From: Neophaeotheca triangularis
Lineage: Eukaryota
Length of the DNA stretch: 64,000 bases
Direction of reading: 5' to 3'
Assembly: GCA_054600435.1 (NCBI GenBank)
Contig: BAAIJX010000016.1
Location: forward strand, 186,001 to 250,000
This document shows, in pieces, positions 49,476 to 60,376 of the stretch. The stretch's first letter is position 1. The number at the start of each line of letters is the position of its first letter. The notes beneath the pieces are model-generated. The model was given only the letters and a program-made list of their open reading frames with translations. It did no database searches and was not told the DNA's origin. Made by a program: the position numbers and the translations under genes.

Positions 49476-49955
49476 TTAAAGGCGACGATGAGGGTTGAGT
49501 GTACACACGAATAGGGATGAGAAGGAAGAGCATTGTAACACGCTGGTATACTGATTTGTAAGAGGCCCGGTAAGACTCTTCTTGGTAGCATCCCCTCGAT
49601 TCATTGTACTCAAGCCTCTACCCCTCCTCGACTCATTGCGCAGGGCCGCCGTCGCCATGGGCGACGAAAACCCAACCTCCGGATCGCCGTTCAAATCCAC
49701 CCAATCCGTATCCTCGGCTTCCACCTTCTTGTCGACTCTCTTGATGGCCGTTTCATCGCCTTCCTTCCTAGCCTTACTAACTTCCTTCAAGCTCTAGTTG
49801 TGGGTACCGCCGGAAAGCTTCTGCATTCCCGGGATGAATGGCTGTGGCGCAGATCATGCTGCATATTGCTGGTACCTAGAGGTGATGCCATTTGCTTGTA
49901 GAACAGTCTGCGCACGGGTTGACTTTGCCATCGTACTGGGGCGAGTGGCCTCCAT
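49476..49955 (-). pseudogene. Degenerate member of the W-V-x-V/L orphan family
   Basis: Frame MEATRPSTMAK...AA*SAP...HN*SLKEVSK...KKVEAEDTDWVDL carries two in-frame stops (TGA, TAG). Confidence 0.4.
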
Positions 49956-50337
49956 CGAGCGGGTGCTTGCGCAAGATATCGTTGTGAAGCTCGACGGGCT
50001 GTGGTCGGTTGAAGCGGTCCATGATCTCGCTGAGAGCGATTGAGAGGGTCTGGATAGTGAGGAGAGGATCTTGCTATTGATGATAAACAGAGAAAGGTAA
50101 CCGATGACGATTCGATAATTTCGTTCCTTCTGCCGTGTAGATCTATGTAGTGGAGAGATTCACAAACGTGGAGAACAACCCAGGTACAAATATTGTGTGA
50201 ATGAGGGTTTGCTAGAGAACAAAGTCTGCGCTGCCCCTTTGTGACATTTGTCAGGTGATCGAGGATTGTTGCGGCGATGTTGTAGCTGTTCGGTAGCAAT
50301 GACTGGCGGACCATTCCAACAACGAAAATATGTCGCC

Positions 50338-51543
50338 ATGGCGTTGCAAGACCCACGCCTTCCCGGGGTGTGGCCTTGCTGTATCATTGAGTGCATCGTC
50401 CGAGATCGCCTTGCGGATGGGTCAGTGAGCTTCGTGTGTTGGGTAGTGGTAGCAGGAGGAGGATGCATCGGCTTGGAAAAGGAGACTTCCGTAGAAAGTG
50501 GAACAAGGAGGCTGCATTGGGTCCGCAAGACAGGCTGCTTGGGAGCTAATCAACAAAAGGAGATGTGCCAGCCTTCGTGGTCGTCTCCAGCCATGTTTCT
50601 TGTACCGATATTTTGTCATACCGTAATATGCTCTTGCTTCGTTCCCATAAATCGTTGCTTCTTGCTTGATAGCGGCCGAAAAGAACGAGAATTCTAGAAA
50701 GGGGGAGTGGATGGTAGACTTGCCGCCGCAAGAACCACCGTTGGCGCGATTGCGTGGAGAAGTGCTTCAAATGCGGAACGCATGATCACTATGGCGCGAT
50801 CTGCCCTGAGCTCGGCAATGACTGGTACGTTCGCAAGGAACCTCAACGGCGTCAAGGGATTATGGCTGCCTAGCAACCTCTACCGGAGTTCAGACCAGCA
50901 GAAATGGTGCCATCCCCAGCGCAACTACCGCAACGATCACCGCCTCCAAAGCAAAAAGAGGTACCACCTCTAACGCAGCTAGCGTCACAACCACTACCCA
51001 CAGTGCAGCAATCAATACTGCCTCCGGCGCAAATGCTGCCACGACCGCGCCGTACGGGTGGCTTCACCGATATCTACCGCCTCCTTACGGATATACTGGG
51101 TGGGATCAGCAATACCAGCGATGCCAGCAATACTAACATAGCGAAATTGTCAACGGGATCGCGCGGCTACGCGGTCAAATTGCAGCCATAGAGCGGACCG
51201 CGAACAACGATCGTCAGCAGTGGGAGCAGGCGGAGCAAGATTTCGCAACTTTCAACAAGCGACTACGCCTAAGCAACAACCCATGCTGGTAAACAACAAC
51301 AGCAAAGTTGACAGCCGCGAGCATAACCGCACTGAGTCCGAGCCAGCTCCAGCTGGCGACACGAGGGGCCTTCGCGAAGTTAATTGCTTCACTTGCGGCG
51401 GCCCTGGCCACATCGTACGGGACTGCCCGCGCAACAGACGCAAGAACTGGAGTCCTGCTGGCAGTGCCGGTTGTCTTCCTCAATATCGTGGCGGTCGTGG
51501 CGGGCGTGGAGGTGGAGGAGCTGGAGGGGGAACAGCCGCCTAA
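50338..51543 (+). pseudogene. Disrupted CCHC zinc-knuckle / RGG protein gene
   Basis: *TCRRKNHRWRDC and CFKCGTHDHYGAIC (~50712-50804), then CFTCGGPGHIVRDC followed by RGGRGGRGG (51385-51520); separated by TAG stops and frameshifts. Start position is tentative. Confidence 0.6.
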
Positions 51544-53107
51544 AGGTGTTGAACGTTTTTTTTCGACATCTTCTCCCAAGTGAGTAAAGCCATCGGTGCT
51601 CTTGTCAAAGGGACTGGAGTGCTGCGCTCGACGCATGGAGACTCTTTGACGTCCTCCAATGGATTTGATTTCTGCTGCTGCGCGTGGACGCGCTCGATAA
51701 TCCTCCGCCGACTGAAATTGCTGCACACTACGCCCGGACGCCGGTCTTAATACTACTGCGCTTGACAGATTTGGAGGTGGTCTGTCGATCTCCAATAGAC
51801 TCGAAATGACGCGCCTTGCATTTCTGGTGGCGGAACGGATTAGAGGAGACAGAGGGTGGGGAGAAAGAGGGAAAGGACCGCAGCAATGGCAATGAAACAA
51901 CTACCTCAAGCCCAACTTGTTTCGTCTCGCCTTCGTATCTTGATCCACCCATTATTACTGTAGCTATATTATCCCTTTCCGGTGGGCGGTTTCCAGGACT
52001 TACCCTAGTACAAGAACGACAGCAACTCAACTTTGAAACGTAGTGAGTAGCCAGCCTCTGTGCAATTTTGGAGGCTTTGAGAAGAACTTTACGTTTGAAT
52101 TGTCCTATGAAAGGATGTGTACTGGTTTAGAGGAGCCGTTTGTGGCTACTAGGAGGTGATGTTCAGCAACGGGACGATCCGGGCAACGTCACATCAGGTT
52201 TAGTGGATCCATCTGATGTATACCATATTTCGACGACATCCGATCATTATCGAGACAAAAAAAGCATAGATAAGTACGCCCAGTGTTTCTCTCCTGTTTC
52301 TCTCCTGTTTTGGGAGTATCGAAATGGAGTATGAATTGTCTCATTTTCTCTTTCTCACGTAGCCTCCCCTCGTCGCATACACCACAAATTGTCGTTGACG
52401 AGCGTTGGCCGTTCATATGCCCTTCCTCACTGCCCCGGCAAGATCACTAGGTACCTGACCAGAATCTCGTGGCGCTGCAAGAAAGTGCCAGAACTGCTCG
52501 GGCATGGATACTGCAACTACAAAGTTCGCGGACGGTGGTGGTGGTAGGTGGCCGCCACTACAGTGGCCGTCATTCGAGAGGCACAGTGCACATAGAATCC
52601 TCATTACCGATAGGGCCTTGAGCACACCTGTCGAATGCACGCGACGCGGAGACCTCTGAAATATATAAGCGTGGACATCAGCGGCACCGCACATGTATGC
52701 TGAACTACAAGATGATCCCCGCGCCAGTCGCTGTAGAAGAATATACTAGCCCTACTGAAGTGAACGTTCTTACACCTGCTTTTCGAGCTTTCCTCTCGTT
52801 CTGCGACACCGAGATTATTAAAGCATGTTAGCAGGGTTCGTGGGGCCTCCATCTCGGACGAGGAACCGGCTCTGGGTTTTTACTTGCTTGTTGTCGATCC
52901 TCGCACACAGCCACAGAAGGTGTGATTGTGGGCCTTGAGACGTGTTCTACAGCCGCCAGGAAGGAAAGAGACTTTTCTGAATTTGGCGGAAGACGAAGTC
53001 TCTCTAGACGTGAATAGCTTGTTACTTCTTAAAGATCTCCTCTCGAAACCGCTTCTTCTTGCCATAGCACCCGCTCGCTTCTGCTCTGGTCAAATTGCCA
53101 TACCTCA

Positions 53108-54157
53108 TTACCCCATCAACTGCCCGACGTCCTTAGGCGGCCACCTCGTCTGCGCAAAACTCAAACATCGCTTCATGCCCTGCAGCATCTTCCTCGTAGT
53201 CTCATCCGTCATGATATGCGCCGCCGTGTTCCCACCATGCAGTTTCTCCCGCGCACTCCTCTCGTGAATACCCACCATCGTAACACCAATCGGCCAAGCC
53301 GCTTTCCCAATACTCAACCGCAGATATGCGTCATTGGCATGCACGTACCGCTTCTGCTGCGCCAGGTCGACAATCTCGAGAATCGGCGCTACGAGCTCTG
53401 GCTCCAGGGATGAGGTCTCGAGTTTGCGGAACAGAGGGGTGAGGTTGTCGCAGGCGAGGTGGAAGTGGCTGAGGGCTTGCTTGCCGGAGGGGGTGGCTTT
53501 GACTTCGGCGGGGCGTTGGGCGAGGGCGCGTGACCAGCTGGATAGTACGAGGTCGAAATAGGAGGCTAGTTGGCGGAAGAGGTGTGTTTGGGCTGTGAGG
53601 GATGAGGGGACGGTTGAAGGGACTTTCATCTCGGCTTCGGGCAGGAGAGTGAGGGTTGTGGGGATTGGGCCTTTGGTCCAGACTACAGGTGTTTGGGAGG
53701 AGGCTGTTATGAGGGAGTGGTAGCGGCGGAGGCGGTCGGTGTGGGTTTCGCCAAAGAGGGTGCGTGGTTCCGAGAGGTCGTGGAGTCTGATCTTCAGCTC
53801 GTCATCCGGGATTTCTTCTAAGGGTGGGGTGTCCAAGGGTTTGTCTTTGACGAGTTCAGGCAGGCCTAGTCGTTTTCGGCGTGCGGCTTCTTCTTGTTCT
53901 TCCTCTTCTTCACGAATGCGCCGGCTTTCCTCTGCTAGTCTTTTGCGCTTCTCCTCGCGGGCAACATGCTTTTCTGTTTCTTCCTCATCTCGTTTGCGCT
54001 TCTTTTCGAGTCGTTCGAGTCGTGCGCGTTCGAGTTCTTCCTGCTCGCGCTGGTATTCGGCTTGTCGTTGTGCTTCGATTTCTGAGCGCTTTTGGTATTT
54101 TTTCGCGCCGCCAGAGGATGGCGCTTTGGCGGCAGAGACGAGTGAGGCGAGGTCCAT
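53108..54157 (-). CDS. PRP18: Pre-mRNA splicing factor 18
   Basis: EPRTLFGE (PRP4-like motif) and ANDAYLRLSIGKAAWPIGVTMVGIHERSAREKL; start MDLASL at 54157. Confidence 0.95.
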   Translation of the reverse strand: MDLASLVSAAKAPSSGGAKKYQKRSEIEAQRQAEYQREQEELERARLERLEKKRKRDEEETEKHVAREEKRKRLAEESRRIREEEEEQEEAARRKRLGLPELVKDKPLDTPPLEEIPDDELKIRLHDLSEPRTLFGETHTDRLRRYHSLITASSQTPVVWTKGPIPTTLTLLPEAEMKVPSTVPSSLTAQTHLFRQLASYFDLVLSSWSRALAQRPAEVKATPSGKQALSHFHLACDNLTPLFRKLETSSLEPELVAPILEIVDLAQQKRYVHANDAYLRLSIGKAAWPIGVTMVGIHERSAREKLHGGNTAAHIMTDETTRKMLQGMKRCLSFAQTRWPPKDVGQLMG

Positions 54158-55664
54158 GCTGTGTGAGAGATGGTATGTCGGTAGATGGTGTGATTGGTGG
54201 GGTTGTCCAGGTTCTGAGAGCGTGAAGTTGCAAGGTGAACTGAAGTCTCGAGAACGACGCCGGAAATAGCACGGGAATGGGTGGGGTACCTTGCTTAGTT
54301 CTATACCGGGAACGAGAGAGACACAGCAAGTGTTTGACCTCTGCAAGTGTTTGCGATATGTCGTTAAACGTCAACACGCACTTCTCGCCAGAACTTGCGA
54401 TTCTAGTGATTGCATCAATACCGGTCTAGTCACGTTGAGAAGCCATTGATCAGACAGTAACCTTGGAATTCTACATTTGCGTTATATAGTATTTACAGAG
54501 TCTTCGTAACGGCCGACGTCTCGCACAAGGTAGGTTGCCCCTACAAGTAGGTCGAGATATGTGTTTACACACACGTTTGTCAGCCTGCCGATGATGTTTT
54601 CAACAACACCGTCAAAGGCATAAAGGACCACTGCTACGAGCGAGTGCAGAATGTCCTTGCAGAAAAGACAACGAGGGCCGTCCAACGAAACACAGCGACC
54701 ACGCCCGCCATGTCTACCCAGCTCCTACAAAACCGCCGTATCTACTAGAAGCCGCCTCGAATGGTCGCTACAAAGCTAGGTATACCTCCCAGATACCGTA
54801 TCCTCTCTCCATGCAATCTCATCATCCTCAACGCTCGGACAGCGGCGGGCAAAGAAACTTGCTTACTCGTCTCGTTGCAAAAATGATCAGCACCTAAAGG
54901 AGAGCGACTGGAGCAGATCTATCACATTGTACATTCTGACTTGAATACTTCCGTCGTTCGCCTTAAGACCAGAGATGTGATGATTCGGGTGCTGAGCATT
55001 TGAGCTTGCAGCCATTCATGGAGGCGAGAATCAACATTCGATCGTCCGAGGAGTATGTTGAAAGTCTTCGAAAACGCATTGCAGCAGTGTCAAGAATCAA
55101 GACTTTGTTCGCACTTCGCTGCCAAGGCCTGTTAAGCGAGCGAATCGTACTACATACTACGACAAGCGCTATTCAGGAGCATCTAGCAGGCAGGATGCAG
55201 TCCGACATGTTGAATACCAACCACACATCAGCCTCCACGGTCGAACGGCTTTTATTGCCGGGTGTCATGCAGCATGCTGAATACAGCGCTTAATCGTTAG
55301 CCACCCCGGGCCCCAGGGGCTAGCGCAGCGGCTCTTCGCTTAGGCCAAGGGGGGCTTAGTGACAGCTCAGGCACAACCTGCGTGCCTAAAATTTATGGAA
55401 GGGGTTGTAGCCTCACCGGTCCTCGTCGTAGAGTCTGACTCGAGCTATCTCCACCGTATACACATGTCGAGGGGCAGCCTGTGGCGGAGCTCGCGGTCAA
55501 GCTGAGCGCCGGCGTTACGCATAAGAGTGCTGAGCTTCCTCAAGGCTCGGTGCTGCAGAATCTCTATGCTGCCTTTCCCATAGGGCAAAAGGTTTACCTA
55601 AAAGTCTACGCACAAGTCACCAACAGGGAGCCTTTAAGCCCCTATTACCCCGGGATTTTGGATA

Positions 55665-57776
55665 ATGAACGCCGTGATTCAACAGGGAGCCGAGATTCTC
55701 GAGGGCACAAAAAGGATTCATGAAGCGCCTTTATCGAATCTGTGTGGACGATGTGAGGCCATCTTTAGTCGTAGCATCGAATCCTACGATGAAGAGTCGG
55801 ACGCCCGAGGCCCATGGGACGAAAGATGTAATGTCTGGGACCCAATCACTCACGTCAGGCGTGGAGTACAAGAACATAGAAATTGGCCATGCGAATGCGC
55901 CTACGAGGTGCACGACGAAGTTGCCGGATACTACACCTGTTGGTCGGCTCCATGCTGGTACTCACATCATTCGGCTCAAAGTCTACGACGGGCGGCTTCG
56001 GCAGGATGTGCGCTATGTTCCGAGATTCGGCAGACCATGCTCAAGGGCTACAGAAATAAATTCACGAACTTCCCGATCTGCTACACTTTCTCCAAAGCCG
56101 ATGTCAGCGTTTCTGGTAAGATGTGTCTTATATTCCAACGAGGCAAGCGTCGTAGGCTTCAGCGCATTTATGGGCCCCGTCATCGCAGATTCCGTTTCAG
56201 CGTTTCCGCAGATTGGAAAACCGTAGCGACGGCTGTTCTGGCGGAGGCTACTGGATCGACTGGAAGCCCTGAATCACTGGATCTCGCCAACACATGGCTC
56301 AAGAACTGCTTGAACAATCATGCGAGCTGCTCAAAAGCACGAATCCCGGACCAGTATCCCACGAGACTACTAGCACTGGATTTCAAGCAGGCCAAGCTAG
56401 TAGAATGCGCGTCAGAGCCTCCAGACGGACCATATGCGACTCTAAGCCACTGCTGGGGCACAATAGAATTCACGGTACTCAACCCTACTACGTATAGTCG
56501 TTTCCGTCAGGGAGTCCCTCTCGACGATTTTCCGCCGTCATTTGAAGATGCCATGCGTGCAGCCCTACATCTTTCGATCCGGTATATATGGATCGATTGC
56601 TTTTGCATCATCCAGGAAACTAGCGACTGGGATGTTGAAGCGCCTCTCATGCAACAAGTCTACTCGAATGCAATACTGAACATCGGGGCAACGCATGCTC
56701 GGAACCCCTTTGACGGTTGCTTTTCATCTCGTCCGGCGACTAGACGACCACGCAACGCCGTCTTCGTCGATTGGGCACACAAGACTGGAGAACGCCCAAC
56801 CAAATTTGCAATTGCACGCGAGCATGATTTCGACAGTCAAGATCATGCGAGCCATTGGATGAAAGAGTCAATCTTCACCCGGGCTTGGATTGTCCAGGAA
56901 CGTGCCCTCGCCCCGCGAATGTTACATTTCAGGGGCGACAGAGTGAGCTGGGAATGCACGACCGCAGAATACCTCGATGAAAGGGACTCCGGTATCACGC
57001 GAGTATTGGATCGAATGCCCGCCGGTAAGAAGGAGCTCAGGACTTTAGCGTACCCCGGAGCTTTGAATCCTCGGAATGCAGACGGTCCGGCGCCTTTAGA
57101 TTCCGAAACGCTGGGAAGGCTGTGGTCGGGTATCTTTAGCGCGTATACGAGAGCCTCGTTGACACGACCCAGCGATAAAGCTATTGCGATACACAGCGTT
57201 GCGCAGCGCATCGGTGACCTGGCCGGCTTTCGATATACGAAAGGTTTCTTTGTAGAGAGTCTGCCAACGGCTCTTTGCTGGCAGCGAAGAGGAGGAGAGT
57301 TGGGCTCGACACAATTGCAAGAGTCGCGAGCGCCGTCATGGAGCTGGCTATCGTTGGACGGAGATCTCCAATTCGACTACAACCCCTTCGACCATAAGCC
57401 GGGGAAGTTGCTTGCTTCCTGCCTCTGGGTTAACGAGGGGCCTTCGATGTACGTGATTGGCAAGACCTGGGATTCGGTGGAAGAAATCAACGCTCCAGGG
57501 TACTATTTTGCTCCGACCATCGACGCTTATCCGGGAGCTCCCCCGGAAGCAAGCTTCCGGAACTGTATCTGTCTACCCATACACGAGAAGGACCTTGGAG
57601 ATATTCGTTGGGAGAAGCGCAAAATCATCGGACTCCTCCTGGCGAAGCGGCCGAATGGTACTCACCGGCGGGTGGGACGTTTTGAGTTATTTGAGGGCAG
57701 ACCCTCCAAGTCGGCCCGGAGAGAGTTACTTGCCCATTTCGCAAAGAAGCGGGCGCGTGTTATGGCGATCGAATGA
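55665..57776 (+). CDS. Heterokaryon-incompatibility (HET) domain protein, TOL-like
   Basis: WLKNCLNNH, PTRLL, YATLSHCWG, YIWIDCFCIIQ, MQQVYSNAILNI, TRAWIVQERALAPR, RAPSWSWLS. Confidence 0.92.
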   Translation: MNAVIQQGAEILEGTKRIHEAPLSNLCGRCEAIFSRSIESYDEESDARGPWDERCNVWDPITHVRRGVQEHRNWPCECAYEVHDEVAGYYTCWSAPCWYSHHSAQSLRRAASAGCALCSEIRQTMLKGYRNKFTNFPICYTFSKADVSVSGKMCLIFQRGKRRRLQRIYGPRHRRFRFSVSADWKTVATAVLAEATGSTGSPESLDLANTWLKNCLNNHASCSKARIPDQYPTRLLALDFKQAKLVECASEPPDGPYATLSHCWGTIEFTVLNPTTYSRFRQGVPLDDFPPSFEDAMRAALHLSIRYIWIDCFCIIQETSDWDVEAPLMQQVYSNAILNIGATHARNPFDGCFSSRPATRRPRNAVFVDWAHKTGERPTKFAIAREHDFDSQDHASHWMKESIFTRAWIVQERALAPRMLHFRGDRVSWECTTAEYLDERDSGITRVLDRMPAGKKELRTLAYPGALNPRNADGPAPLDSETLGRLWSGIFSAYTRASLTRPSDKAIAIHSVAQRIGDLAGFRYTKGFFVESLPTALCWQRRGGELGSTQLQESRAPSWSWLSLDGDLQFDYNPFDHKPGKLLASCLWVNEGPSMYVIGKTWDSVEEINAPGYYFAPTIDAYPGAPPEASFRNCICLPIHEKDLGDIRWEKRKIIGLLLAKRPNGTHRRVGRFELFEGRPSKSARRELLAHFAKKRARVMAIE

Positions 57777-58283
57777 GCTGACCTAGGGATTGTGGTAGCA
57801 AAAGCACTGCGGAGCAGCCATTTACGTGGCAGTTTGGGGAGAGATGGCCGAAATCCAGAGGGTCTAGCATGGCTTTGTGTCGCACGTTGTCTGCTCTGAG
57901 CGCCGGGAGGAGAGGGATTTAACTTGTCGAGGAGGTGCTTTGAGTCTTACGGCCGCAGATTAATTGACACGCACGTGCACAGGTACAGAAGGAAAGAGAG
58001 GGCCAAAGAAGAAAGCTGAAAGCGAATATACGACCGAACAAATGATGTCGCTTGCGAAGACGAACATAACGAAGCAATATCGACTTGACACATCCACCGT
58101 CTGATGTACCAACAAGAGGAAGGCTTAGCATTGAAGGAAGTTCGTTCAACCATAGCATTGCTAGCACTCAACATCAGCCACCGAACTGCATCTTTTTCGG
58201 GCCTCAGGAATGTTTACCCAACAGCCCTACCCGTACGAGCATACAATCGTCATTCTACCAATCATCTTCGAGCCAAAATATCC

Positions 58284-60376
58284 TCACCTGCCCCCTACTC
58301 CTCTCAACCCCCCAGTTCCCCCAACGTCCACCCTCCGCGTCGCAGTCGGCGTCGGACTCGCACCCCCATCTCCATACAAATCCTCGCTCTCCCTACCGCC
58401 AGCCTCGCTACTTTCAAGCTCATAAGCCGTACCGGGGCCAATTTTCTCGCTGTCCAGACTTCCTGTACCAGCATTACCATGCCCTTGCTGTGAAAGTGAC
58501 TGCGGCGGGGAAGCAGCACCATGCATCACCATCCCGCCTACAGCCTCGTGCTGGCGGTTGACGAAAGACGGCGTGATGGTGGAGTTGTGCCAGGGGCCGG
58601 GACCGGGGCGTTGGGGACTTTTGGGTTGGTGGTCGTGGATTGGGGATGTGGGGGAGACGGGGGAAGTGTTGGTATTGTTTTGCGGCGAGGTGGGTGTGGG
58701 TTCGAGGGGACTTTGTAATTGTTGGGGATAGGAGTATTTGTTTCGAAAAGATGGTGGAGGACCAGGAGGAGGCGAGTGGGAGTGGGTTTCGGTTGGTGGT
58801 TGGTTGGGGTTGGGGCTGGGAGGGGTGTAGGCGTAGGCGTTTTCGAGGTCGATGGTGTTGCGTCGATTGTTTGAGGATGGTTCTTGGGGGTCGGCAAAGG
58901 GGTTGGAGGCGTGGAATTGGGATTGCCGTTGTTGTCGCTGTGGAGGTTGTTGTTGGAGGTTTTGTGAGAAGGGATTTGTTGAAGGGAAGCCGTTGTAGGT
59001 TGTTGGGGAGTCGGCTTGATTCGGGTCGTAACTGTTGTAAGCGGTCGGTGAAAATGTTTGTTGCCCTTGCGGCTGCTCGCGTGGTGACTGCACGCGGTTG
59101 TGGAAACCTGCCATCATCCCCGGTGGTGGACCTGGAGGACTCTGATAACTATTGCTTTCTGTTTGGACGCCCCATCCGTTACTTCCGACCCTCTGTTGTG
59201 GAGGTTGATACTCTCCCGATTGTGGTCTCTGCGTTCCCCAAGCCAATCCTGCCCCTTCCTGTCCACCCCACCCATTCGACGACACCCTCTGCGGACTCAT
59301 ACCCGCTACACTCTCCCTCTGACCAGGCGCAGGCGGACCAGCAAAAGCCCCAGTACCATCCTGCATGGCCTCCAGATTTGGACTACTCGAACTGCCCATC
59401 GCCCGTCGTGCTGCCAAGACTGCACGCTGGTGTCTACTCTGCGCCAGACTCAATTGCTCGTTCGTTTCAATCAACGTCTGCAAAGTATCGTGATCCGGCG
59501 CGGGGGAATCGCAGTTGATGTAGATCTGCATGCTCCGTGACGCGGATTGACATCGCTCGCTGAATTCGCGAAGCAGCTCATTCGATAGCACATCTTCGGG
59601 GGCCGTCGTCTGAACAAGCTGTAACAGGATTTTAGCCGTGTTCTTCGCCTCTTCGACCCGACTTGCCAGCTCATATGGCGGGGGAAGCTGATTCCGACTT
59701 AGCGCCCGGTGACTGCTGTGCTGATGCACAAGCGGCGGTGGAGACACCACACCCGCACCTCTTTGCACACTACCCTGTCTACTTTGTCTCCGATTAGTCA
59801 AGCTCGCCTCACTGCCTTTCTCTTTTCTCCACATCGCCAGTATTCCCTGCAACCCCTGATCATGACTCTTATTCACCTCAAACGAATCCAAGGTCTCTCT
59901 TAACAGTTGCTGCACATTCGAAGCCCTGCAATTACGCAAACAGTCCTTGACAGTCTTGACGAAAGCTTGGTCAAAAGACCTTGTAAACATCGGGCCAGGA
60001 TTGTCGGACAAGATTCGTATGAGCATGATCGCGTGATATTGAACGTCTGGCTTGGAACCATAGTCTTTTGTCAAATACTTCCGTATCTGCTGCGCAGATG
60101 CCGCCGCAGCAGTGGGTGAAGACTCGGCAGCTTCGACAATCACGGGGAGGTGGAGAACTTCGTCTTCTTGGTTGGATGGGTTGGGGGAGTCGCAGAACTC
60201 GCGGACTGCGCGCGTGGCGTTTGCTTCAGGGCTGTCGACTGGCGCATTGTTCACATTGATTTCGCGGGAGTTTTGTGAACCTGGGAGAGTATCTCTGTTA
60301 GCTAGAATGGGATAGGAGGTGACTGGCGAATTGACTTACTCTTGGTTCGGGTGAGGAGGTTGCTGAACTTCTTCAT
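58284..60376 (-). CDS. VHS-like + GAT domain protein with P/Q-rich tail and NPF motifs (endocytic/trafficking adaptor); intron 60281-60339
   Basis: EVLHLPVIVEAAESSP, ELASRVEEAKNTAKILLQ, EFSERCQSASRS, TLIETNEQLSLA; NPF twice; first exon MKKFSNLLTRTK spliced via GTAAGT...GCTAAC...CAG. Confidence 0.8.

Noticed and set aside
39900..53000. Starship or other giant element as the cause of the orphan island
   Set aside because: No tyrosine recombinase (DUF3435), transposase or boundary repeats are visible.
51600..53000. Short ORFs between the zinc-knuckle remnant and PRP18
   Set aside because: No consistent frame, splice model or recognisable motif.
55295..55365. GC-rich, hairpin-prone stretch upstream of the HET gene as a tRNA or ncRNA
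   Set aside because: No cloverleaf, T-loop or A/B-box pattern could be built.
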